Assembly (NCBI GenBank): GCA_951406725.2
Contig: OX597819.1
Coordinates: 112,902,001 to 112,966,000, forward strand
Length of the DNA: 64,000 nt
Reading direction: 5' to 3'
From: Octopus vulgaris
Taxonomy: Eukaryota
In this document: in pieces, positions 51,931 through 64,000 of the stretch
How positions within the stretch are numbered: position 1 is the first letter of the stretch
Layout: every line of letters starts with the position of its first letter
Notes under the pieces: model-generated
What the model was told of the DNA's origin: nothing
Databases searched by the model: none
What the model saw: the letters and a program-made list of their open reading frames with translations, nothing else
Made by a program: the position numbers and the translations under genes

Positions 51931-52842
51931 CAGTGATCCCTCGTTTATCGCGGTGGATTGGTTCCGAGACCGGCCGCGATAACTGAACTTCCGCGAAGTA
52001 GGGACACCATATTTACAGTATTTATTTAATGTGTATTTGAACTTTTAAAACCCTCCCTGTACTGTCAACAACCCAACCATTACAGTAGTTTATTAATAAC
52101 AAGGACAACTGTTTAGCAATAACACTTTAGATAAAAAAAAAATAAAGATTGTTACTGTACTCAACACGAAAGAAGGTGAAGTAAAATTTGAATGATGATG
52201 GTGATGAATTTGCTGTGCAGTAGAAATGATGATGAGGAAGCTGACGGCGGTGCCCTTTCCTGGGACACCTCTTCCACTTCTTCCGAAGGTGCAACCGTAG
52301 TAAGAACTGGCTCTTTATTGCGAGGCTGCAAAAACATTGTGATAGGAAGTTGCTGCCGCTGCTGTTGCTGCTGCTGTTGAGCGAAGCGGTCTTCCTCCCA
52401 TGTCTGTAGTGAGAGAAGTCCGAAACGTGGTGCTTTGCTATTCGTAAGACCCGCAGAAGAGAAAGCAGGTCAACCCCCGACACCGAGAGCATCGACGGAT
52501 GGATGAATGCGCATCCAGGTACAGCGGTTGCGTAGGGAGTCGGGAATCTGCTGCCGCTGCTTCTTTTTCCGTTCAAAGAGCATCGTGTAGGGGTTCATGA
52601 CTCTCTCCGTTGCACCTCGGGATTCGTCGTCTCTCTCCATTGCACCAATCATAGCTCGTCTTAAGTTCAAATACCCCTGTATATGCTTTTTTGCTATTTT
52701 ACGCTTGTTTTATTGTTCCTTGACTAGGAAATGATATTTATTATTAATATTTTAATGGGTTTAATGAAAAATTTTAGGTGTTCATATATATATATTTTTA
52801 AAATCCGCGATAGTTGAACCGCGAAGTAGCGAGGGATCACTG
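51931..52842 (-). mobile_element. Tigger/pogo-like non-autonomous DNA transposon
   Basis: TIR CAGTGATCCCTCG...CGAGGGATCACTG with TA TSD; the reverse strand holds a remnant resembling a transposase C-terminus (LFERKKKQRQQ / LPITMFLQP). Confidence 0.85.
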
Positions 52843-53059
52843 TAGAACCCTTTACGTAATCACTCGGCCAGCTAGACATAGCAGCCAAACTTTTCTCAAA
52901 TTACTTCCCAGCGTTTTAGAAAAGGAGATATAGAATGTGATTTTGAGTACCCTACATCTAGAAAAATGTTGGAATGGTCACAGATGAAATGCCTTTGATG
53001 ATGCACCTGCCTTATTAGAGCTGACGCATGGTTAAAGAACAACAGTAACAACAACAAAG

Positions 53060-53219
53060 ACAGGCTATGTGGTTTATAAACTCGCTCTTCAACTACGAGT
53101 GTTCGGGTTCTGTCCCACTGCGTGGCACCTTGAGAAAGTGTCTTCTACTATAGCTTCAGGCCGATCAGTGCCGTCTAAGTGAATTAGATAGAATACAAAT
53201 GTGTGGAAGCCCGTCGCGC

Positions 53220-53264
<45 letters not shown>

Positions 53265-53729
53265 TGTGTGTGTGTGCATGCGTGTGCGCGCATGCGTGCG
53301 TGCGTGTGTCCTCAGCATCGCTCGACAACAAGTGTTGATTGGTTTGCGTTCCCGTAACTTAACGGCTCGTCGAAATAGACGAAGAATAAGTACTGGAGTT
53401 AATTTTTTCGATGAAATTAGTTGTTCTCAACCGACGTCATATGACCCCCCCCCCCTGGGGATTCATATAAAATATTGTTGTTAAAACTTATGTGCAGTAA
53501 TAAATTGGTTTTAATTCTGCAATACACAAATATCTTGATGCTTTTTTTTAATACAACATTTTTAAACAGGCGTAGGCGTGGCTGTGTGGTAAGAAGCTTG
53601 CTTCCTAACCATATGGTTCCGAGTTCAGTCCCATTGCGTGGCACCTTGCGCAAGTGTCTTCAACTATAGCCTCGGGCCAACAAAAGCTTTCTGAATGGAT
53701 TTAGTAGATGGAAACTTAAAGAATCCCGT

Positions 53730-53770
<41 letters not shown>

Positions 53771-54005
53771 GTGTGTGTGTGTTTGACTTTGTGTCTGTGT
53801 TTGTCCTCTCCCCCAACATCGCTTGACATGCTGGTGTGTTTATGCTACCGTGACTTAGCGCTCCGGCAAAAGAGTCCGATAGAATAAGTACTAGGCTTAC
53901 AAAGAATAAGTCCTGGGGTCGATTTCTTCCACTAAAAACAACACCCTTTAAGGCGGTGCTCCAGTATAGCAACAGTCAAATGACTAAAATGTGTGCAAAA
54001 GAATA
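53060..54005 (+). mobile_element. Two SINE family B copies
   Basis: About 53060-53400 and 53568-54005, homologous to 5828-6226. Confidence 0.8.
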
Positions 54006-54449
54006 AAATAATATAAGAATTCATAATAACATTTAATAAGGATTTTTTTAAAGCATTAAATGATTATGAGGGGGCCACTCGAGTAAAAATGGGAACCAAA
54101 GAGGCCCATAGGTAAAAAGTGGCCGAGAAACACGGCACTAAATCCTTCAAGACGGTGATCCAGCATGGCCGCAGTCCGATGGTTGAAACAAATAAAAGAT
54201 AAAGAATATAAAATAAAAGTACAACACAAACGAAAGCTAAATCCACGACCACCACCACAGCAGCAACAACAACAACAACAGTAACAATCATACCCCCCCC
54301 CCCCCAATACGCCACCAACAACCTCCACTTCACCCCCTACCCTCCACTTAATGCGGTCACGTCTCCATCTGTCACTTTGGTAATGCACGAATAGTTAAAC
54401 CACGTGACTTTTAAGGGTGTTTCAGGGTAGATAATTGTTGAAGAATTAG

Positions 54450-55103
54450 TGATGGTGCGGCGGCGGCGGCGGCGGTGGTGGTGGTGGTGGTGGTGGTGGT
54501 ATTGGTGGTGCTGGTTATGGAGAGGGTGGTATAAGTAGTTATGAGAATGTTGCTGTTGGTGGTGATGATCGTGATGATGATGGAAATGGGGTGATGGTTG
54601 TGTTTGTGATGGTGGGGGTGGTGTTAGCGCTTAGTAGTGATAGTGGCGGTGATGGTAGTGATGATGACGATGATGATGATGGTGGTAGTGGTGGTTGTGG
54701 TGGTGGTGGTGGTGGTGGTGGTTGCGGTGGTGGGGGCAGTTGTTGCGGGAGCGAGATGAGGATAATGGTAGAAGTGATGGTATTGATGAGGTAAGTGGAG
54801 GAGGTAGGAGTAATGGCTGAGATGGTGGTGGTGGTGGTGGTGGTGGTGGTGGTGGAGGCGGCGGCGGCGGTGATGGTGGTGGTGGTGGCGGTTGGCGGGG
54901 GATATGCAGAGATCAAACAATCTCCATTAGCCAACATTATTCAACTCACACGGGAAAACAACAACAACCACAACTAGCGCCGCCTCCACATCACCGTCAC
55001 CATCACAAACAATAACAATAATAAACGCAACAATCATTATATCAATCGCAACAACAACAATATTAATGACAACAATATCAACTACAATCATAATAATAAT
55101 AAC

Positions 55104-55192
<89 letters not shown>

Positions 55193-55363
55193 TAATAATA
55201 ATAATAATGATGATAATAATAATAATAATAATAATGATGATAATAATAATAATGATAATAATAATAATAATAATAATAATGATGATGATAATAATAATAA
55301 TGGCGATTAGAGGTACGACAACAATGTAATATATATGAATATTATTCAAGGGCGGAGAGAATG

Positions 55364-55418
<55 letters not shown>

Positions 55419-55435
55419 CAGTAGCAGTAGTGGTG
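54450..55435. repeat. Low-complexity (GGT/GAT)n, (AAT)n and (GTA)n tracts
   Basis: Direct. Confidence 0.9.
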
Positions 55436-57049
55436 TTAGTGATCGGGATGAGGCTGGAAGAGAGAATCTGTGTACAAGTGAAGAGGTAGAGTGTTAGGTA
55501 GGGGAGGAAGAGGAACAACGAACAGGTTTAACCTATGATGAGATCACAGTGCGTGTTTGAGATTGAGAGAGAGGGGGAGAGGGAGAGAGGGGGAGAGAGA
55601 GGGAGAGAGAGAGAGAGGGAGAGAGAGCTAGCTTGAGGGTCTGTATATATATTTATAAGCGTATGTATGTATGTATGTATGTATGTATGTATGTATGTAT
55701 GTACAACTGAATTCCCTTCACATCCTAAGTAACCGAAAACATACGTACCTTTCTAAGCCAATGAAAAGATCTCTTTTGCAGACATCGCTTTCTGATCCCC
55801 TCGTGTAGTTATTAGAATCATATGGCAAACAATTCCTCTGCTCTCCTTGCATCATCTATTAATTATCCTCCCAAATACTCAAAAGTCAATGACGAAATCC
55901 AAAACACTTTTACATTCTTCAGATAAACCCAGTGGAATGAGATCCGCCGAGAAACAGAATCAAGACTTTTCATAATTCGACAGCATCAGAATCACCGACA
56001 TAACCACTGCAGTAACATACAATCAATGAAGCAAATATAAGCGCTTCCAAAAGCATACCCCATATGGCAACATATACAATAGAACCCAGGTTATATTTCA
56101 GAAATAGCCAACCTCATGAAAACCAGTGACAGCTTCAAACACAAATACACTAACACGATACGTATCTGAAGCAAAAGCTCAGAATTGTACAACTAAACAT
56201 GGAATTAAAAAATAAACCATTAAAAAAAACCCCCAGAAAACTGACAGATATTTGCATCCAGTATCAAACCACAAAGAAAATACTATACAAAGCCGTTAGC
56301 AGCGCCACCAGCTACAAAGATTACACCATATTTCCATGTTACAATAATAATCTAAAACAACATAGCCACACTAAAACATGAAACAAGCGGTTTTTTAAAT
56401 CAACAGCTTTAAATTACTCAAAATGACATTAACGAAAGTATGCACCTCCCAACCTAAACCGCGGTTTTAAGTCTGTCCTTTATATCTGATATTCAAAACG
56501 CAATAGGGAAGTGTAAAACCCCAAAAGGACCAGGCAAAATCCTTTTCAAGCTGCTGCAATCGAGATGTCTCAAAGCATCACACCAAGAGTCTATCTTCCA
56601 TTAATTTTGGTAGGATCTCAATTTTATGTCGTGTATTTTCGCAATAACATCAATGTAGTTGAGTGGTGCGGATGTCTCCAAAATAAAATGTCTGATATAG
56701 CCTGTTGTTCAACGCGATAGCAATGGCTATCAAAGCCGACACCGCATTGAACAACTGTAGGAGAACTGAGAGGAATATGTCCATAAATCTCCTCTTTTGT
56801 CTTGTGCCTACACCGTGAAATGTTTTGCGTTCTCGTGAGAGGTTTAGTGTACTTACCATGGAGACGACATCGAAAGCACGTTTTGACTCCCTAGAGAAGG
56901 GTGTTCCTTATATGTCTTGAAGCACCACAGCCTTGCTGACTTTCGAAATACTTGATTACCAGGTAAAATCTTAAGTATATTCCTAAAATATCTAGAGCCT
57001 GAAGGAATCACCACGCAAACCAACGTCTACAACTGTATGTACAAGCTGT

Positions 57050-57960
57050 GTCAAATTGCTGGAATCTGAAAGCTAAGCAAAGTATGCTAAAGTCAAACAA
57101 AAACTCAAGTTGAGCAACAACATCCAGGCCTATCACCCTCCTATGAACAACTTCAGACACTCAAGAAAATCTTCTAACTCACACTTCCCCTCCGCTAATA
57201 TCGATACGGATTCAGACCACTGTGCATGAAGCTAATACAGAAGAGACCAAAATGGCTTCTTCAAGAACATAAAACTCTCTTAAATGTACCATTCTAACTA
57301 ACATCGACATCAGCATAGATTTTATAGAAAACATTCAATAATACCTGAAGAAACAACATAAAACGCTGTGCTGGAAGGGACACCACTATCAGATGTAAAA
57401 AAGAAACAGCAGCTATTACGTTCTGACCAGATCATATTAGTATGTTTTCAATATGGTGACCATCAGAATCTACAGAGACTGAACAGCAGAGAGAGTGCAG
57501 TGAGTCCGAACTACTACACTGCATCCAATGCAATTCATCACCGGATATTCATGTGTAGTATATCCCTCTGCCAAGTGGTGACATAGCATGACTGAGGAGC
57601 TGGATCATGAGTCCCATGGCGCCGGGAGATTACTCGAATAGAGCTGATCTTGGACTATATGCAGCAACATCTCTGTCACCACCAAAGGCATAAAACATTG
57701 GTGAGCAAGCCATCAGATTTCCGAACTTATGTAGTGAACAAAAATAGAACGACTCAGAACTTACAATTTCCCGGATGGAGTACCACATAGGAATCCGTCC
57801 TCTTGCCCACTCTTTGCAACCCATATTTACATGTCATTTCCATAACACAATATTCAATACGTTGATGAGATCACATTCTAATCCTCTCTCCATCTTTCGG
57901 ACACAAGTGCATGGCTACACTGACTCCTTCATAAATCACCAAAGAACCTAACACAGCAAG
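57050..57960 (+). mobile_element. Highly degraded LINE RT remnant
   Basis: Faint RPITLL, YGFRP and IDIS-like motifs in the expected order, with frameshifts. Confidence 0.35.
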
Positions 57961-58136
57961 AATAAATTTAGGTTAGCGTACAGTTTACGGTCTTACGAAA
58001 TATGAATGTAAATTGTCTTAGAAAAAGTGTAAGTAAATTGCGATAGGAAGCGGAAGTGACGATAGTACACCCCAACATTTCATAAAAAGAACATAAAGAA
58101 CTCTCTCATTCTGCCTCATCCACTGGCATCAACATA

Positions 58137-58341
58137 CAGTAATCCCTCGACTATCGCAGGTGTTACGTTCCAAGACCTCCCACAGAGATAATTAAAATCT
58201 AAAGAAATATGAATAACTATCGGCCGCAGAAACCCGGATATACTGAGGAGACCGAAATATGAATTTACATATATTAGCCAGAAAAATCCGCGATGTACTG
58301 AGTGTGAGATAGGTAAACCGCGATATGGCGAGGGATAATTG
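58137..58341. mobile_element. Tigger/pogo-like MITE
   Basis: TA-CAGTAATCCCTCG...CGAGGGATAATTG-TA; TIR related to 51931-52842. Confidence 0.78.
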
Positions 58342-59944
58342 TATTTAGTATTTTCTAATGATGTCGAGCATTTCAAAAGTAGTCATTGGGATACACCATT
58401 CCAATGCACAATACTCAACCGCGAACACCAAGGAGAAGTGTGACGTTTTCATCTTATTCAAAATAAATGTAGGTTTTCATGTTATATCAAATATATGTAT
58501 GTCCTGTACATTGTTTACATGGAATTACGACACATCACTGTCATCACTTCTGGTTTCAATTGCAATGAATTTACTTTCACTTTTTTACGACCGCAAGCTG
58601 CACATTTGCCCAAATTTAAAATAGAACCTACCAAATCTGCCGTCTCTCTTCTTACGGTCAACGCCAGAGAACATCAAAAAGTAATAACCAATCCTAACAC
58701 TCAACATCAGAAATATATCACAAACAAAGAAAACAAAAATTACCACAGACGCAGAAAACAAAAATACTAGGAATTACTTAAAACACGTTCACACCATTCA
58801 CAGTACATATAGCAGGCAGTGAAGAAAGCAAAGTAACATAGAAACATACTTAGAATAATCACATGTCCTACAGACGGCCAACAGAATGAAACAATAGCGA
58901 TGTGTGAACAATACATTAGACCTGAAGGAGGTGAACTATTTTTAACGTTGAGAGGACGCATTGAATTTAACTGTCATTTGATAAGGTTGCATTTAAAAAT
59001 AATTATACTGCTAAATTTATAAAACAAGTTTTTATGAAATAATATTTCATAAAGTAAAATATAATAATTCATAAAAACTATTTAAAAATGTAAAACTTGT
59101 GGAGTTTTGCAATTTCGAGATGTCCTTTTATGCACAACTGTGTTTTCTTTAAATAAGTCGTTACGGTATGGCTGGCAGCGGCATTACTGGTGACAATAGA
59201 ATTAGTTGCAAAGTTTGTTCAGGGTCACCATTTGCAATGATAAGATTATTTATGATTTTTTGTAATCAACAGTGTGATGATTTGTTGATTTGACGGAAAG
59301 AACACAAATTTCATTGAAATTTTAAATGCAAAATATTTATTTTCATCGTTAAAAAAATGTCGTTATTACGAATGACAGAAAATGTATTTACTCCAGAATA
59401 ACAGTTCAACAATATGGATGAGACAAGAACGCAAGTAGATTGGGATCTTTTCTGTCTGGCTGCCAATTTTCAATCTCTTTAATTTCTGTTCGAATTGATT
59501 TCATAATCAGTGCAATTGATGTAGTACTATATGCTAATCAGTGCCATGAAATGCATTTTCGCCATAATTCAATCAATACAGAATAACTAGCTTTTAAAGT
59601 TTGCAAATTTTGGTTAATTTTGGGTCATTTTAACTAACCGTAAGCCATAGGTACATTTATGCCTCTTTCCATTATAACAAGGCCAGCATGATAACTCTTT
59701 TGTCTGCGAGAAAGTACGTATTGGCGAATACTCATTGAGGTGGTCGTGAGACGTGCTAAAAATAACAGTTAAAAGGCCTTAAATAACGCACGAAATTTTT
59801 TTCTACCTTTGCATAATCGTATGAATTCCCGTGTGTAGAAATATAATTCGCAAAACTTTTCTGAAAATTCCAAAAACTAAAAAAAGTTACGAGGGAATTA
59901 TACGGCGTACGTAAAGCAGAATTCCGCCAATATTTCATATGTTT

Positions 59945-60377
59945 ACAGGAGTGGGTGTGTGGTAAGTAGCTTGCTAACCAACCACATGGTTTCATGTTCA
60001 GTCCCACTGCGTGGCACCTTGGGCAACTGTCTTCTACTATAGCCTCAGGTCAACCAAAGCCTTGTGAGTGGATTTGGTAGACGGAAACTGAAAGAAACCG
60101 GTCGTATATATGTATGTATGTGTGTGTGTGTGTGTGTGTGTGCGTGTGTGTGTGTGTGTGTATGTTTGTGCGTCTGTGTTTGTCTTCCCAACATCGCTTG
60201 ACAACCGATGCTGGTGTGTTTACGTCCCCATAACTTAACGGTTCGACAATAAGAGACCGATAGAATAAGTGCTAGGCTTACAAAGAATAAGTCCTGGGGT
60301 CGATTTGCTCGACTAAAGGCGGTGCTCCAGCACTGCCGCAGTCAAAGGACTGAGACAAGTAAAAGAGTAAAAAGAGT
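59945..60377 (+). mobile_element. SINE family B copy
   Basis: Near full length. Confidence 0.85.
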
Positions 60378-60899
60378 TAACAACACGCGCTGTCACGCAC
60401 AAAATAACAGCTTCGAAATCCTGTTTTCTGGTTGGGTAAAAATAATCAAACTTTAAACCTCTGTAACTTTTTTTCATTTTATTTTCTGGAAAAAGGGAAA
60501 TATCTCCTGAGCTTGGAAAATTACATTAGTATACCAAATTTTTAAATTTTAAATAAACTTTGAAATTTCCATAGGTGCAGCCAAACAGAAACGATCCATA
60601 GATTGTCTTGCAGCATGACGAGTATATGTCCGAATGGAACTATCTAGGTGATTCTAGACGCTTGGTGGTTTAGCTGCCATCGACGTCGTTATCACCATCT
60701 ATTGGTTTTGATTTTACAATCACACTGCTCACAGCTGATTGGTTTTAAAGCTTATGCCACTACTGCTTACGGACACTGCTCCCTAGTGGCCAAGAAAGGC
60801 TGAAGATATAGCCAGTGCTCTTATCAGAAAAGTTATTTAATGACCATCCCATATGTTGTTTGTCCAAGAAAAGTGCTTGTTTACAACAATTTCAGATTC

Positions 60900-61110
60900 T
60901 AGCGCGCCGGGCGAAATGCTTAGCAGTATTTCGTCTGTCTTTACGTTCTTAGTTCAAATTCCTCCGAGGTCGACTTTGTCTTTCATCCTTTCGTGATCGA
61001 TAAATTCAGTACCAGTTACACACTGGGGTCGATGTAATCGACTTAACCTCTTTGTCTGTCCTTGTTTGTCCCCTCTATGTTTAGCCACTTGTGGGTAATA
61101 AAGAAATAAG
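60900..61110 (+). mobile_element. SINE family A copy
   Basis: Core and tail. Confidence 0.82.
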
Positions 61111-61329
61111 ATTCAGTGAATTAGACATAAGCTAGATCTATCGTATTTGAGTGGTCAGCTAGCTACAGATGAAAATAATTGTTAATGTGTTTTTCAGACT
61201 TGAATGGGTTAGTCACTCGTTGACGTTAATCTTTGACGACATAAGTTTTAAAAGTGAATTCAGTTTCGATTTCTGAGTGTTTTGGAACTGCCAAATATTC
61301 CTGCTACAGAGTAATTACAATTACTATCT

Positions 61330-61720
61330 GTTACTTGTTTCATTCATTTGACTGCGGCCATGCTGGAGCACCACCTTTAGTCGAGCAAATCGACCACAGG
61401 ACTTATTCTTTGTAAGCCTAGTACTTATTCTATCGGTCTCTTTTTGCCGAACTGTTAAGTAACGGGGACGTAAACACACCAGCAACGGTTGTCAAGCCAT
61501 GTTGAGGGGACAATTACAGATACACAAACACACACATATATATACGTATACATATATACGATGGGATTCTTTCAGTTTCCATCTACCAAATCCACTCACA
61601 AGGCTTTCGTCGGCCTGAGACTATAGTAGAAGACAGTTGCCCAAAGTGCCACGCAGTGGGACTGAACCCGGAACCATGTGGTTGGTAAGCAAGCTATTTA
61701 CCACACAGCCACTCCTGCAC
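61330..61720 (-). mobile_element. SINE family B copy
   Basis: Near full-length reverse complement. Confidence 0.85.
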
Positions 61721-62334
61721 CTTGGTGATAAAGAAATATAAATAAATATTTAGATAAAACACACACATACACACGCAAACTGGTGTTTCTTGAATTCACA
61801 ATTAGTTGAAAAGATTAGCTTTAAATAAAATAAAATTAATTAAAATAAACTGTTGTACGACGATTCTTTTCCTCAAAATACACATTATTTCACAAGGCCG
61901 CATCTAGCCATTTAGAAGAGGCATAGATACTTCCTCCACTGTCCCCACATCCACGGAGACGTCTCTACGTGTTCACTGGACCTGTCAGAAATTATTGTCG
62001 ATTCTCACTCAAATCACACCACTACCACCATAAATTCGGAAAGAACACATAAACTGATGTAGTCTAAGATACACTTAAGATGACTGGGTTATCATTACTG
62101 GAATGCTTTTCATCATTCCAATAATGATCATAAACTTACTCGCGCAGGCCAAGTTTAACCTAGGGTTAAACAAGAACAACAGCAGAGGAGCAACTACTGC
62201 AACAACATCAACAGGCATACAGAGATACATTGACCACAGTAGAGAGAGTTCAGTGTGTTGAGATTGTGGCACTGCAATCCATACAGTTCACCTCAGCATG
62301 TCTCTGTGTTCATGCAATGCTTCACAGATAGATT

Positions 62335-62788
62335 GAGCTGGCAGAAACGTTAGCACGCCGGGCGAAATGCGTAGCTATATTTCGTCTGCCGTTATGTTCT
62401 GAGTTCAAATTCCGCCGAGGTAGACTTTGCCTTTCATTCTTTCGGGGTCGATCCGCCGAGGTCGACTTTGCCTTTCATCCTTTCGGGGTCGATTAAATAA
62501 GTACTAGTTACGCACTGGGGTAGATATAATCGACTTAATCCGTTTGTCTGTCCTTGTTTGTCCTCTCTGTGTTTAGCCCCTTGTGGGTAGTAAAGAAATA
62601 GGTATTTCGTCTGCCGTTACGTTCTGAGTTCAAATTCCGTCGAGGTCGACTTTGCCTTTCATCCTTTCGAGGTCGATAAATTAAGTACCAGTTACGCACT
62701 GGGGTCGATATAATTGACTTAATCCGTTCGTCTGTCCTTGTTTGTACCCCTCTGTGTGCAGTCCCTTATGGGCAGTAAAGAAATAAGA
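62335..62788 (+). mobile_element. SINE family A dimer with internal duplication
   Basis: Head plus a headless second unit; tccgccgagg...ggggtcga is duplicated. Confidence 0.85.
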
Positions 62789-63428
62789 TAGAACCAAGGT
62801 GTGTATATCTTTGGGTTCGTACTTAGGTCTTTCACCGTCTGTCTGCGATGTCATGGCATAGACCCAGGGGATTTTACACAACAACAACAGTCCTCATCAT
62901 CACTGAATTTAGCACCATCATCATCAGCGTCAATTTGGTCATCCTCTACATTTTCATTGCCGTAGTCATAAGTATCATGGCCACCGTCGTCGTAGTCGCC
63001 GTCGTAGTCGCCGTCGTAGTCTCCAGCCTCGTCACCATCTCCACTGTCTTCATCGAGCTTATTGTTACGGCTGTTTTTCATTGCAATATCTCTCAGACAG
63101 TATAGTAGTAGTAGTGGCAGCAGCAGCAGCAATGGTGGTGGGTGCGGTGTTGGTGGTGACTGTGGTGATTAATAGTGATGGGTAGCAGTGGTGGTGGTGG
63201 TGGTGGTGGTTGCGGTACCACCAGCAGCTATCTACATCAGTTTCATTCATCCGGTGTAGATTTGCATAGCTTGAACATTTTCTTTAAAAAAATTCTTTTT
63301 TGAGTTCTTTTTTTATTTTATTTTATTTTATTTTATTTTATTTTTCGATTTCTTTTTATTTAATGACTTTCTGTTTGGCACCTGGAATGTATTATATCTT
63401 AACTGACCGAAATGTGTCTTGTATGTAT

Positions 63429-63475
<47 letters not shown>

Positions 63476-63671
63476 ATGAATGCAAGTATATATGTGCGTC
63501 TGTGCGAGTATGTATTCACATATGCAGTCACTCACACACACACACATATATAACATACACACACATACACATACACATACACACACATACACGCACACAC
63601 GCACAGTCACACACGCACGCAGTCACACACACAATCACAACACACACACATACACACACACACACAGTCAC

Positions 63672-63711
<40 letters not shown>

Positions 63712-64000
63712 CACACACACAAAATCACGTACAAAGCACACGCACGTATGACAATAAGACTCTACAGAGTACATCTCAACTCGATTGAAAATGCTCAACG
63801 GACAATTATAAAGAGGTGAAAAAATCACTCGGGGCTATGACATAAGCGTGAAGTTAAATAATGGAGAGAATAAATACCTGGTACACCACACAAGGTAAAT
63901 ATGTGCGGCACTTCGCCAAGACTCATCTCTTATATATGTTTGTTTGTGCGAATGTGTCGGTACCGTATGTATGTATATATGTATGTGTTTGTGTATGTAT

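Noticed and set aside
62851-63132. Acidic Asp/Gly-rich ORF on - strand
   Set aside because: Lies in degenerate (GAT/GAC/GGT) low-complexity sequence; no convincing exon boundaries.

Overview
Repeat-rich animal genomic DNA with abundant (CA)n/(TA)n/(TAA)n microsatellites and several tRNA-derived SINE families. The repeat content resembles coleoid cephalopod (Octopus-like) DNA; this is an inference. One protein-coding gene can be built by hand on the + strand: a 10-coding-exon secreted matrix metalloproteinase (peptidase M10A plus hemopexin, about 2059 aa, 12415-41077). All introns are GT-AG with consistent phases. It has an atypical CxxC-bearing pro-domain, two extra Cys around the S1' pocket, and an approximately 1545-aa single-exon mucin-like linker ending near a furin site. 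Two tandem arrays (534-bp unit in MMP intron 5; 362-bp unit downstream) carry an apparently intact type I hammerhead ribozyme in every unit on the - strand, consistent with Penelope-derived or retrozyme-like elements. Further dispersed hammerhead remnants are present. A 28S rRNA fragment ending in the D7a hidden-break region is fused to the 5' end of a SINE. Other content: RTE, R4/Dong-like and Tx1-like LINE fragments, Tc1/mariner-pogo and hAT MITEs, and SINE multimers. Most of the ORF track is microsatellite noise.
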